From assembly GCA_965215195.1 (NCBI GenBank), contig CBDCDC010000002.1, positions 3,744,001 to 3,808,000 on the forward strand: a DNA stretch of 64,000 bases, read 5' to 3'. The translations under genes and the position numbers were made by a program. This document shows positions 9,764 to 19,945 of the stretch, piece after piece. This DNA is from Candidatus Latescibacterota bacterium (GTDB taxonomy: Bacteria > Latescibacterota > UBA2968 > UBA8231). Under the pieces are notes generated by a model, which saw nothing but the letters and a program-made list of their open reading frames with translations, was not told the DNA's origin and searched no databases. Each line of letters begins with the position of its first letter. The stretch's first letter is position 1.

Positions 9764-10646
9764 CCTCTACCTCGATATTATCCTGCCCTTCGAGCACCAG
9801 AATCCGGGAAAGATGCGGAGCCAGTACTTCGGCGATTTGTACGACTCCGATCCGCTTTACCTCCCGCCGAGAATACACCACAAATTTGTGTCCTACCTCG
9901 ACTTTGTCCGCCAGCCCCAAATTGACGAAGCCCTCCTTCCCCTGTAAGCTGAGAATCTTCGGTTCCCGCTGTTGCAGGGTGTGCGGTGGGGAGGCCTTAG
10001 TCGCAATCTCTTCAGTTAATTGCTGGAGTGCATCTAGCGTAACCTTGCCTATGATTGTCTGCCGAAAGCGCTCCACGCCAAAGGGAATCTCGTTGAGTTC
10101 GAGAAGGGCGGCCTCTTTGCGAGTAGGTTTTCCCAAAAGGGTCAAGCCCAGATCCCGATCTGTCATTTCGGCTTTTCCCACCGCCGCTCCAACTTGACCC
10201 CCAGAGAGCGGCTGCAGCAATTGGATCTCGACTTCGACCAGCGCCGTGTAGGAAGTGTACCCCCCCAAGAAGGGGTTGCCTGCATTGAACCGTTTGATGG
10301 AGAAGTTGCGGATATCGCCGTTCACAACCAGATCGGCACCAGCGGCAGCTCCTATCCTGAACGCTTGGGCCGCACGGTCCTCGCCTTCTGTCAGTAGAGA
10401 ATCGAGCAACGGCAAAACAACTACGTTCCGCTTCTGCTCGAGCAATTCGCCTAGGACTTGGGGAATACCCCGGCTGATATCCCAACTGCCGCGAAAATAA
10501 CTGTGGTCCTCAAAGGGTGCTATCAGAATCACCGCTTCGGGCTGAAACGCCGCAGAACGAAGCGGATACAGGAGTAGTGCGAGTCCAAACAGCAGGTCGA
10601 CTCTACAAAGACGAGACCAGCCCAGAATAGCTATTGTTCTTAGCAT
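9744..10646 (-). CDS. CsgG/FlgO-like (TolB-N-like) domain envelope protein with FlgT-C-like tail
   Basis: Signal peptide, IAPFEDHS...GADLVVNGDIRNF pattern, C-terminal VNLGLADKVEVGHKFVVY. Confidence 0.6.
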   Translation of the reverse strand: MLRTIAILGWSRLCRVDLLFGLALLLYPLRSAAFQPEAVILIAPFEDHSYFRGSWDISRGIPQVLGELLEQKRNVVVLPLLDSLLTEGEDRAAQAFRIGAAAGADLVVNGDIRNFSIKRFNAGNPFLGGYTSYTALVEVEIQLLQPLSGGQVGAAVGKAEMTDRDLGLTLLGKPTRKEAALLELNEIPFGVERFRQTIIGKVTLDALQQLTEEIATKASPPHTLQQREPKILSLQGKEGFVNLGLADKVEVGHKFVVYSRREVKRIGVVQIAEVLAPHLSRILVLEGQDNIEVEDALGNP

Positions 10647-11472
10647 GGGAAGAGCTGTCCCCAGAGCGGATATGGTGGTCCAAAGCACGGTCAAAGCTCA
10701 CCGCCTCAGGGTCTTTCCCCACCTCCCACTTCTCTATCCTGCGGTTGAAGTCGAAACGGATATCGACCGTTTTTAGCGGCGTATCGAACTCGTCGAATTT
10801 GAGCGCAAATTCTTTCAGTACCAACCGCACCCTCTCCACCGCTGGGTCGAGCGAATCAAAGGCGATTAGGCCGCCGTAGCTCTCTCCCTTGAATATCGGC
10901 TGCTCCTCCGCGTAGTTCAGACTGCGCACATGCCCCATTCTGACTTCAAAGCGATAGAATTCATTGCCGCTCTGCCCGCGCAAACCTCTGTAATACCGCT
11001 CGAAGCTATTGTAGGGCGACGTCGACGGCATCCCATAGGAATGGAGTGTCTGGCCCTGATCCGTCAAGAGAATGGCTTTGAGGGGATAGAGTTGAACTTT
11101 GGCAAAAGTCTGGTTGAAAACACTCACCTTAAAGACAGTGAAGCGGTTGGGGGTATAACCCACATCCCGATCAATGTAGTCGCCGTAGGTGTAGGGATTA
11201 GTCGAATACTCTCCTCTATTCGAATCTTCGGGGAGCAGGGCATTTAGCTCTGCATCCGTCGTAAATTTGACGTCGATCCGCAATCCTTCTGACGCATATA
11301 CAGAGCCATCGTTCTCTACTCTATACGGAGCTTCACTGCCGATCTTTTCCACGGGCACTAGGTACGAGTTGTAGTGGATCTGCGGCGGAAAAATAATGCA
11401 TCCCACCGCGATTTGGGCTGTACAAGCTACCCATATCCACCTTGTCGCCTTGCCGGTGAGTTTCATATTCAT
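10603..11472 (-). CDS. Hypothetical lipoprotein
   Basis: 289 aa, hydrophobic N-terminus ending AVGC lipobox; purine-rich RBS. Confidence 0.7.
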   Translation of the reverse strand: MNMKLTGKATRWIWVACTAQIAVGCIIFPPQIHYNSYLVPVEKIGSEAPYRVENDGSVYASEGLRIDVKFTTDAELNALLPEDSNRGEYSTNPYTYGDYIDRDVGYTPNRFTVFKVSVFNQTFAKVQLYPLKAILLTDQGQTLHSYGMPSTSPYNSFERYYRGLRGQSGNEFYRFEVRMGHVRSLNYAEEQPIFKGESYGGLIAFDSLDPAVERVRLVLKEFALKFDEFDTPLKTVDIRFDFNRRIEKWEVGKDPEAVSFDRALDHHIRSGDSSSHAKNNSYSGLVSSL

Positions 11473-11524
11473 TCCCCTTTTATTATGACTTGCGCCAGTT
11501 CAGTCAATCCACTCACTCCGAGCA

Positions 11525-11667
11525 CTTACTACACGACACCAGCCCTCAGCCTGCCAAGGATCGAGGGCATCTTGCCCGCGTCGAGGGCGGGACGCCCTCG
11601 AGCCCGGACACAGTAGAAAATGCGTACTCAAAGTAAGGGTCGCCTACTTTAGGTGTCGTGTACTAAG
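11525..11667. repeat. Intergenic element with 16-bp terminal inverted repeats and internal REP-like palindrome (MITE-like)
   Basis: CTTACTACACGACACC (11525-11540) vs GGTGTCGTGTACTAAG (11652-11667), one mismatch; internal TCGAGGGCATCTTGCCCGCG-TCGAGGGCGGGACGCCCTCGA. Confidence 0.55.
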
Positions 11668-11676
11668 CTCCGAACA

Positions 11677-14600
11677 TCACAGCCTATAGTTGACGATCCA
11701 GTCCCGATGCCCCTTGGCAAAACGATAGGCATCCTCGCTGGCTTTATCGTCCTCGAATAGAGCGATCACTTTATCGTAGGTTTGCACTGCTTTCTTCCAC
11801 TGGCGCAAAAACTCATAACACGTGCCCAGATTGCTTAGGGCACCGATCTCCACCTCAGTGCCGGGATATTTCTCCGTGAGAGCTATGAATAGCGGCACCA
11901 CCTCGTCGAATTTCTGCCGCGCCCTCTCTCCCTCTCCCTCTTTGTCCAAGGCCACAGCCGCGCCAAATAGGGCCATCGTCCGTTCGTATTCCTCATAAGC
12001 TATAAGTTCCCGTATGTTTTTTAGAATCTCGGGAACTTCTCTGGCGATATCGGCCTCGGGATAGTCGGCCAGCACATGTTGGTACTCGACCAGCGCCTTT
12101 TCGTAGTCTTCTTTGTTGAAGTAGTAATCGCCCAGCGTAAAGCGGGCATCTACTGCAAACTCGCTATTGGGAAAGGTTGCGAGCAGACGTTCAAAAGTCC
12201 GAATGAATTTTTCATTGTCCTTCAGTTCGTAGAACGCCCAAGCCGTATTGTAGAGTGCATCATCGCTAAACGACGATGCTAGATAATCCTCTAATAGACG
12301 CTGGTACAGCGCAATCGCCTCGTCAAATTTTCCCAAGTTGAATGCGCTCTCAGATGCACGCATCAGCGCCTCTGCCGCGATGTCGGCGTGCGGATATTTT
12401 TCCACCAGCTTTTCGAAGACCTCTGCAGACCGCTCGAATTCCCTCAGATTGAAATACGCGTACCCAAGATAGTAGTACGCGTACACAATGTTGGTTGAGT
12501 CGGGGAAACGCGCTACAAAGGCTTTCAACACTTCGGCCGATTCGTCGAACTTTTCGCTGTGAAAGTAAAGCGTGCCCAGAGCATAGGTCATATCGACGGA
12601 ATAGTACGAGTTCGGATAGCGCTTGAGTCCTTCGCTATACGTCGCTATCACTTCCTCGTATTGCCCCTTGCGCTGCTGGCTCTCACCAATGAGGTAATAG
12701 ACCTGCTCCTCCAACCTGTACGCTCTATCTCCTTTGCTATCCTCTAGGTCCAGCACCAGAATTTTCCGTCCCGTGGCAATGGCTGTATCGTACTGCTCCA
12801 ACTCGAGATAGAGCGTCAGCATCAGCACCATGTACTCTGCCTGTTCAACTGGCTCTTCGGCCGCAGTGGCCAATCGCCGGTAGCTCTCCAACGCCTCTTC
12901 CTGCCTATTTAAGCGGAGATAAGCCAGTCCCAACATCTTCTGGGCCGGACTTTTGATTCTCTCGTCGGCAGAATCCACCAGCACTCTCAGATCTTCCTCT
13001 GCTTCTGCGTATCGCTCCAGACGCGAGTAGCTCGTCCCCCGGTCGTACTGGGCGATCTCCTTCAACTTGGGGTTGCCCGTACTGTGGATGGCCTGCGTAA
13101 ATTGGTCCACCGCACGCTCGTATTCCTCTTTTCCCACCCATGCCTTGCCCATCAGGTAGTGGTATTGAGCTCGCTCCTCCTCGCTGCCGGCTCTAGCCAT
13201 GCCCCGTTCGAGAACCCCCAAAGCTCGGTCGAATTGCTCTAGACCTAGGTATATGCGCCCTGCTTCGACGCATGCCAGTGAGAACTGCGGTGCCGTCTCC
13301 CGCACCTGCAAAAAGACCGCGGTCGCCCTCGCGCCCTCTCCTTTTTTATTTAGTGCCAATCCCAGTTCAAAATGGGCGATATCCAACTGAGTGGAATCAT
13401 CCGTCGCCGCGATAATCTCGTCGTACAAGGCCACCGCCCTATCGTATAGCTCCTCGTTGTAAAACATCCGCGCCAGTTGAAATTGTGAACTCCTCGCATA
13501 AGTGCCATCGCGATTGTCCGCGATGATCTTCCGGTAGATCGCCTCGGCCTCGCGCTGCGCTGCCTGCTCGCCAATCCTCTGTTTGGCGAGAGCGACATTG
13601 AATCTGGTTGCGGTGACAAAATTCGGATCGGGATACTGCGCCAAGACCGCGTCATAGGCCTGCACGGCTGCCGCATAGGCCTCGCGGGCCCCTGCGGCCT
13701 CTCCCTGCTGTGCCAATTTTTCGGCCTTAGAGTAGTAGGCTCGACCCATTTCGAAATGGGAATTTCCGAGGGAGTAACCGGCTCGGGAGGCGATCTCGCC
13801 GTAGGCTTTCACGTACACATTGTATTCGCGAATTGCATCGTCAAAATAGTCTTCTCCCCACTCTTCGCTCGCTTGGGTGTAGCGCTGAGCGAGCCGGAAC
13901 TGCATTCGCGCCTTAAATGTGTTGTTGGGTATTTGGACGATGGCCTCGCGGTACGTATCCACACAGCGGGCGAAAAGCCGGTTTTCAAAGTACATATCCG
14001 CCAAACTCTGATAAGCCTTCTCAACCAGCCTCCGCTCCTGAGCAAATACCGTGATAACAGAGCGATAGGATCGCTCTGCCTGTTCAAAATCCTCTAACTG
14101 GCTGTAGCAATCCCCGATTCGGATCTGGGCCTTGGCGGTCAACTCATACTCGGTTTCGTCCACCAGCCCGGCCACTTTCTCGAACTGCATCTTCTGAATT
14201 TCTCGTTCGCTTAACGCGCCGATGTTTAACTGGTCCGCTAATTGTTGATAGTAGGGGATCGCCTTGCGGTACTGTCCTTGGTCGTAATAGCATTCACCGA
14301 TCTGGAAGAAGGCCCGACTGACTTGGAAACCGGATTTGAAGCGCTCCGTCAATTCGGTAAAGGCTTCGATGCTATTGGCGTATTCCTTCAGTTCGTAGTA
14401 GGACCATCCTATGTTGTAAAGAGCCTCCACCACATACGCATTGTCGGGATATTTCTCGATAAATTTCTGTCCCTCGCGGATGACCTCCCGGTAGCGCTGT
14501 GCGCTGTACCAACAGGTCGTAATCCTGTTCTGCGCTAACACCCGCAAATTCTCAGACCTAGCATTTTCTTCTACTCTGGAGAAATAGCTCACCGCCTTTT

Positions 14601-14964
14601 CCAAGTATTCCTCCGCCCTTCCCTTCGGCTGCTCCTGTTCTTCTTTGTTCGACTCGTCCTTCGCGGCGCGAAATTCTTCCTCGAACATCTTGAAATACGC
14701 ATTGCCCATTTGGTAGATCGCCGCGTCTTTCACCGCAGTTTCTACTCTTCCAACCACGACGACGATGTCGCTGTCTTCCAGCAGCATACTGCGAACACCG
14801 CTGATATCCTCGAACTTCTCGATGGCTTGATCGTAGGCACCCTCGGAATAGAAACTCTGACCCGCTTGGAAGGTGGAGAGCATGTACTCTCTGGTGGGCA
14901 CGTCTTTTGCCAAGAGGGCGATGCCCAAGGTCATACCCACAATCGTCAATCCCAGCAAATGCAT
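11677..14964 (-). CDS. Large secreted tetratricopeptide-repeat protein (BamD/CpoB-like TPR array)
   Basis: Probable start MHLLGLTIVG (signal-like); many A..Y.IG..YY...Y..A...F TPR units with YP.S motifs. Confidence 0.88.
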   Translation of the reverse strand: MHLLGLTIVGMTLGIALLAKDVPTREYMLSTFQAGQSFYSEGAYDQAIEKFEDISGVRSMLLEDSDIVVVVGRVETAVKDAAIYQMGNAYFKMFEEEFRAAKDESNKEEQEQPKGRAEEYLEKAVSYFSRVEENARSENLRVLAQNRITTCWYSAQRYREVIREGQKFIEKYPDNAYVVEALYNIGWSYYELKEYANSIEAFTELTERFKSGFQVSRAFFQIGECYYDQGQYRKAIPYYQQLADQLNIGALSEREIQKMQFEKVAGLVDETEYELTAKAQIRIGDCYSQLEDFEQAERSYRSVITVFAQERRLVEKAYQSLADMYFENRLFARCVDTYREAIVQIPNNTFKARMQFRLAQRYTQASEEWGEDYFDDAIREYNVYVKAYGEIASRAGYSLGNSHFEMGRAYYSKAEKLAQQGEAAGAREAYAAAVQAYDAVLAQYPDPNFVTATRFNVALAKQRIGEQAAQREAEAIYRKIIADNRDGTYARSSQFQLARMFYNEELYDRAVALYDEIIAATDDSTQLDIAHFELGLALNKKGEGARATAVFLQVRETAPQFSLACVEAGRIYLGLEQFDRALGVLERGMARAGSEEERAQYHYLMGKAWVGKEEYERAVDQFTQAIHSTGNPKLKEIAQYDRGTSYSRLERYAEAEEDLRVLVDSADERIKSPAQKMLGLAYLRLNRQEEALESYRRLATAAEEPVEQAEYMVLMLTLYLELEQYDTAIATGRKILVLDLEDSKGDRAYRLEEQVYYLIGESQQRKGQYEEVIATYSEGLKRYPNSYYSVDMTYALGTLYFHSEKFDESAEVLKAFVARFPDSTNIVYAYYYLGYAYFNLREFERSAEVFEKLVEKYPHADIAAEALMRASESAFNLGKFDEAIALYQRLLEDYLASSFSDDALYNTAWAFYELKDNEKFIRTFERLLATFPNSEFAVDARFTLGDYYFNKEDYEKALVEYQHVLADYPEADIAREVPEILKNIRELIAYEEYERTMALFGAAVALDKEGEGERARQKFDEVVPLFIALTEKYPGTEVEIGALSNLGTCYEFLRQWKKAVQTYDKVIALFEDDKASEDAYRFAKGHRDWIVNYRL

Positions 14965-14986
14965 CTGGTCTCTCCTCTTGAAGAAC

Positions 14987-16267
14987 TCAAAGGCTCTGCG
15001 CCCTCTGCAGTGCTTCTTTGAGTCCCCGCCGGGCTTCCGCAAAGCCCGGTCGCAGGGTCAGGGCTTTCCTGTACGCGGTGATCGCCCGCTCGTACTGACC
15101 ATATTTTTCGTGTATGCGTCCCAATTTACAGTGCGCCGCCGCATCGCCGGGCATGTAGAGCAGAATTTTGCCGATGTGCTCTTTCTCTTTGTTGTACTGG
15201 CTCATCTTTTTGAACAAGTCCATCTCGCGCTGGGCTTGTGCTCCCATTCCCAATTTCACATAGGCCCGGCCCAAATTGTAGCGGGCATCGGCGTACTGGG
15301 GATCTAGGGAGATCGCCTTCTCGTAATAGGCCACAGCCTCTCGGTAGCGATTTTCCCGCGCCAGAAGCAACCCGATGCGGTAATGGGACTGTCGGTGGGA
15401 TGGGGCGAGGGAGATCGCCTTCTCGTACTGCGCCAGCGCCTGCTCCTCCTGTTTCATGCCCTCGTAGGTCAAGCCGAGTTGATAGTAGATATCGGGATTA
15501 TCCCGCTTGCCCTCGAGCGCCTTGCTGTAATAGTTGAGTGCCGCTTCATACTGGCCTTCTTCAGCATAGACGAGTCCGAGATTGTAGTAGGCTCTGCTCT
15601 GATGAGGATTCAACTGGAGCGAAATCTCGTACTCCGCTATAGCCTCCTTCGGCTTGCCCAAGGCGATGTAGGTCAGTGCTAGATTGTTGTGAGCTTGGAA
15701 CAGGTCCCGTCTGAGCTGGACGGCCCTTCTATACTCCTCCACCGCCTTGCGGTACTGGCCGATCTGCGCGTAGAAGGCACCCAAATTGTAGTGCATCACG
15801 GCGGAATTCGGGTCCAAGGCGAGAGCCTGTCTGTATATGGCTTCTGCCTTCTCCGTCCTAGCGCTCTCCGAGTAGATGATCCCCAGATTGTTGTAGGTAT
15901 CCACCACAGTCCGATCTAGGGAAAGAGCCTGCAGGAGGTAATACTCTGCCCGGGCCAAATCTCCCGTGGCTCTGTAGGCCATGCCCATACCGTTGTAGGC
16001 ATAGACAAAATCTGGATCGCGGTTGAGCGCCTTCTCATAGTAGTCAATTGCACGGCCCACCTGGCCGACGTGCAAGTGGGCGTTTCCCCGCTCGAATAGG
16101 GCCTTGGCGGCGGACCGATCGCTCGGGGGTACAGAGGCGAAAAAGTACAAACAGATCGCTCCGCTAAGGCCGGCACACGCCATTCCGATACCGAGCCATT
16201 TGATCCGGGCTGTGCTCTTTCCCGACACCGGATCTGCTTCCTTGCGTCTATTTCTACTCTGGCGCAA
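14987..16267 (-). CDS. Membrane-anchored TPR protein
   Basis: N-terminal TM, about 10 canonical TPRs (AYNGMG, YNNLG, HYNLG, AHNNLA). Confidence 0.9.
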   Translation of the reverse strand: MRQSRNRRKEADPVSGKSTARIKWLGIGMACAGLSGAICLYFFASVPPSDRSAAKALFERGNAHLHVGQVGRAIDYYEKALNRDPDFVYAYNGMGMAYRATGDLARAEYYLLQALSLDRTVVDTYNNLGIIYSESARTEKAEAIYRQALALDPNSAVMHYNLGAFYAQIGQYRKAVEEYRRAVQLRRDLFQAHNNLALTYIALGKPKEAIAEYEISLQLNPHQSRAYYNLGLVYAEEGQYEAALNYYSKALEGKRDNPDIYYQLGLTYEGMKQEEQALAQYEKAISLAPSHRQSHYRIGLLLARENRYREAVAYYEKAISLDPQYADARYNLGRAYVKLGMGAQAQREMDLFKKMSQYNKEKEHIGKILLYMPGDAAAHCKLGRIHEKYGQYERAITAYRKALTLRPGFAEARRGLKEALQRAQSL

Positions 16268-17579
16268 ATAGTCGCTCCGCCGTAAGGGATTCGGCCATTT
16301 TCCTATCTACTAGACAGATCAAGTCGTCCCCGCCCCTCTTGACATAGACCATATCTCCCTCTTCCTCACCGAGGGAAAGATCGCCGACAGTCTCCTCCCC
16401 GGCCCAGAGCCTGATTCTCATGCGCGGTGGATTGAGGCCACGATGGGGACCTTGAGTTAGGGTCGGGAATTTTTCGACTTTGAGCTTCTCCATGTTGAAC
16501 AGAATTGCTTCTAGCTCCACCGCGTTGATCGGCCGGTCTTGGGGAACTGCCAGCCAAACGGCACTGTCCCGCACGCAAAGTATGGAGCTATCCCTATAGG
16601 CGAACTCGACGCGGTTGACCTCTTGGCGGGTAAAGTCGAACAGTTTTCTAAATTGCAACTCGGAACTCGCCCGATGTAGCTGATGTACAAAAGACGAATC
16701 AAGTGTGAACACAGGATTCCTTGACAGATCGCTGGCGTAGTAGGTCCCTTCCTTGTCAGAGCCGACCCACAAACGATGGACCTCATCGTCCCCCACCGAA
16801 ACTTCGACGCGCAGCGCCGGTGGATTCAAGCCGTATGGCCTCAAGCTATTGGGCGCATCGTCGACAAATTCTTCGACGGGTGAGGCCAAGCCCTGGAGAA
16901 TGGATTCTATCGCTTCTCCAGCGCCTCGCGCCTCTGTCGGGAGCGTCACCTGCCACTCTTCACCGCTCTTTGTTACTTCGACGGTGTCCCCCTGACTTTC
17001 AATTCTCAATTTCGTCGCCAGCGCCCTCTTGAATTTGAGCGTAGTCTTATTTCTCAGTTCGCTCCATTGCTTATCTACTCCGGTGCGACGGTACAATTCG
17101 ACCATACCGATGCGGTCCTCAGAATCCTTCTTGACATAGACATACCGTCCAGATGGATTCTCATTCCCGAACAGGACCGTGTCTAGAAGGCGTCCCCCGA
17201 CGTGAAGACTCACTTTCACATGCGGAGAATCCAAGCCGTACTTTTTGAATGCTTCTTCTGTTGATTCACCGTCCAAGACGAGAAACCGCGTCAGTCGTGC
17301 CCGCTCGAGATTGGCCAAGACAGCTTGGATGGCCCCTCGATGTGCATCAACCGTTACGGGTTCGATGATCTGCCAATCTTCCCCGACCTTTCGGCACACC
17401 ACTCTACCGCTCGCATTCTCTATGCTAAGTTCGTCCACCGCATCCTTGTCAAAGGTTAGTAATTCCCTAGAGTGATACTCTTCTCCCTCTTTTTCGTCTT
17501 CCTTTCTATCGACGTAGAGCACTGCGATAAGAAGGGTAGCAAAAAATAGGCTTATCAAAATGACTGTTTTCAGTTTCAT
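16254..17579 (-). CDS. DUF4340 domain protein (tandem domains)
   Basis: N-terminal TM; W.I..P...A, YGLDSP and YGLNPP repeats typical of DUF4340. Confidence 0.85.
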   Translation of the reverse strand: MKLKTVILISLFFATLLIAVLYVDRKEDEKEGEEYHSRELLTFDKDAVDELSIENASGRVVCRKVGEDWQIIEPVTVDAHRGAIQAVLANLERARLTRFLVLDGESTEEAFKKYGLDSPHVKVSLHVGGRLLDTVLFGNENPSGRYVYVKKDSEDRIGMVELYRRTGVDKQWSELRNKTTLKFKRALATKLRIESQGDTVEVTKSGEEWQVTLPTEARGAGEAIESILQGLASPVEEFVDDAPNSLRPYGLNPPALRVEVSVGDDEVHRLWVGSDKEGTYYASDLSRNPVFTLDSSFVHQLHRASSELQFRKLFDFTRQEVNRVEFAYRDSSILCVRDSAVWLAVPQDRPINAVELEAILFNMEKLKVEKFPTLTQGPHRGLNPPRMRIRLWAGEETVGDLSLGEEEGDMVYVKRGGDDLICLVDRKMAESLTAERLFAPE

Positions 17580-17674
17580 TACCGCTCTTGCGTTACGAGT
17601 GTTTAGAGTATCTGAACTACTGATTGGAGCAGAGGCCCTTGAGGAAACACTAGTGGCTGATTTGAGGTGTTCTT

Positions 17675-17702
17675 ATTATAATGCAACAACTTGGCTCAGC
17701 AA
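17675..17702 (-). promoter_or_regulatory. Putative sigma70 promoter for the DUF4340-TPR operon
   Basis: Minus strand TTGCTG-16 nt-TATAAT in AT-rich divergent intergenic region. Confidence 0.4.
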
Positions 17703-17789
17703 ACTATTTTTTGTGTATAATTCAGGTTGGAATTGGGGTGTCCTAAAGCCGCCTAGGTGGCCAAAGTCGAGTCAGAGGAGTGTGCAAAT

Positions 17790-19916
17790 ATGCCGCTAGA
17801 TAGAAATCTCCATTTTGCGCTCGAGGCCGCCGCGCTCGAAGCGCGAGGTCAGTTCAACCAACTCCAGTACTGCGAGTTGAAAAAGGCTATTGTCCTCGAT
17901 GATATGCTCCTAGTCGAAGACGATGCGCCGGCCATCGGCTGCCCCCAAGGCGCTGAGGACCGGTCGTGGTTCGAAAAATTGCGAGAAGGGGTGATGATCC
18001 GCAAAGATCTGGTCCTTGATGATCCGCGCGCCTTAGCCGCCTACCTGATCTTCAACGGACGGGAAATGGATGACAACGACCATGCACTCCACATCTCTGT
18101 CAACGGTCACTACTTGATCCGACCTCCGAGCAAGATAGCCCACCCCTCTGCTCGGCACTACTACACCAGCGACTGGGGAGGCTCGCACTTCGACAACTGG
18201 TTCGTGGTAGCCGTGCCGGTGGGTGCCCTGCGGCAGGGGGTCAATGAGTTCGTCCTGTGGGCCGAATCGGAGGAGACCAGTTGGGAAATCATGGTGGCCG
18301 CCGATGAAGAATATAAGCGTGGCTCTGAAACGCGGCTCTGCCACCCTAATCGCAGTGCCAAGAGTCGAGACGGAGGCCATAGTTGGGATTTTGAGCACCT
18401 CGGCTGGAAAGATGAAATCGACGGGGAGTACGCCATCCGTCTCAGTCTGGATCGCAGCGTACCACAGGGCACCTTTGTCTCGTCGGTGATCGACTTGGCT
18501 ACCGGAGGGGAGATCAGAAGAATCGAGAGATCGCTCGACGTGGAAGAGTGCCGGGTAAGCTGGGAGGTGGACCGGCCCGAGGGAAGCGAGGTGGGAATAG
18601 AGGCCCGTCTGGGCGATAATCCAGTGCCGACAGCCGCTTCGTGGTCCCCCTTCGAGCCCGTAGCAAACTTCTCCAAGACATGGTACTCTCCCGCCGGACG
18701 CTACCTGCAGTTCAAGATTGTCATGTACGCCCATAATCCGCTGGTGACGCCGATGTTCAAAGGCATTTCCGTGGAAGCGAAGTACCGCGAGCACAAGTGC
18801 CGCTCCAATAGATTTTATCGCCTGCTCCAATTCCGCAACGGCTGCGTCATTCGCCCATCCCTACCCTACGTTCACGAAGATTTTGCCTGCTTGAACGAAC
18901 TGCGCCACCGCTTTGAATTGGACGCGATGGTCTCAGACGCAGCGACTGAGTTTGAAGCCCAACTGCAACTCATGCACTGGGCCTACAAAGTACCGCTCGG
19001 TCGCCTAGACGCCTACCAATGGAATTACTTTGATCTGCCTCGACTCGATGGGGATGCGAGTGGACGCCCTCGCCTGCTAGGCACCTACCAGAATCGCCGG
19101 CGCGATGGCCACTGCCTCTACTGCAACCTGACCCTAATTGCCGCCTGTCTGGCCATGGGCTTTCCGGCTCGCTGGGTCAACATCTCCACTAAGCACACCT
19201 ACGGGCACGAGGTGGCCGAAGTATGGTCCAACGAGCTCGACAAGTGGATATTCCTCGATGCGACGCGCGATTACTACATTTACGACCCCGACACGGGCAT
19301 TCCCTTGAGTCTAGTGGAAATAAGCGGGCGCTTGGCCGAAATCATGCCGGGACCGGCGACTTGGGAATATCCCATCCAGTGGCACCTGCCGGACCTCGAA
19401 ATGCTCCGGGCCGCTCGCGTTGCCTACCGCCAAGGCGACAGTGCTTTCTCGATTGACGACCTGAGCGGAGGGCCGGAGCACTTGATGCTCAAAGGACACT
19501 TGCAACTAGTGCGGCGCAATGACTTTGTCAGCCGGCCTTGGCCGCTACCGTGGCGTCTCTCCAGCAATTGGGGAAGTGATCTCTTTTATTGTTTCTATAG
19601 CGATGTGTTCCCCCGCAAACGCGAATACCACCAACACACCAAGCGCTGGCAGGATTTCAGTCCTCCACTCAACCAGACGGAACTCTTCTTAAGCGAAACC
19701 GCCGAGCCGGATGTCCTGCGCGTGGATGTGGATACCGAGACGCCCTGCTTTGACGCATTTCTGGTGCAGATCGACAGAGCCGAATGGAGCGAACAAACAA
19801 ACCCCTCGCTGGAGTGGAGACTACACGAAGGCCTGAACCAACTGCGGCTCAAGGTGCGCAACAGCGCAGGGGTTTGCGGCCCGGAGAGCCATGCGGCGGT
19901 AGTGATGAACACTTGA
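17790..19916 (+). CDS. Transglutaminase-like (Cys-His-Asp) domain protein
   Basis: GHCLYCN...AMGFPARWV...GHEVAEVWSNELDKWIFLD; GAGGAG RBS before ATG 17790. Confidence 0.8.
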   Translation: MPLDRNLHFALEAAALEARGQFNQLQYCELKKAIVLDDMLLVEDDAPAIGCPQGAEDRSWFEKLREGVMIRKDLVLDDPRALAAYLIFNGREMDDNDHALHISVNGHYLIRPPSKIAHPSARHYYTSDWGGSHFDNWFVVAVPVGALRQGVNEFVLWAESEETSWEIMVAADEEYKRGSETRLCHPNRSAKSRDGGHSWDFEHLGWKDEIDGEYAIRLSLDRSVPQGTFVSSVIDLATGGEIRRIERSLDVEECRVSWEVDRPEGSEVGIEARLGDNPVPTAASWSPFEPVANFSKTWYSPAGRYLQFKIVMYAHNPLVTPMFKGISVEAKYREHKCRSNRFYRLLQFRNGCVIRPSLPYVHEDFACLNELRHRFELDAMVSDAATEFEAQLQLMHWAYKVPLGRLDAYQWNYFDLPRLDGDASGRPRLLGTYQNRRRDGHCLYCNLTLIAACLAMGFPARWVNISTKHTYGHEVAEVWSNELDKWIFLDATRDYYIYDPDTGIPLSLVEISGRLAEIMPGPATWEYPIQWHLPDLEMLRAARVAYRQGDSAFSIDDLSGGPEHLMLKGHLQLVRRNDFVSRPWPLPWRLSSNWGSDLFYCFYSDVFPRKREYHQHTKRWQDFSPPLNQTELFLSETAEPDVLRVDVDTETPCFDAFLVQIDRAEWSEQTNPSLEWRLHEGLNQLRLKVRNSAGVCGPESHAAVVMNT

Positions 19917-19945
19917 TTGGCTGCAAGCGCAGGTCAATAAAGGAA

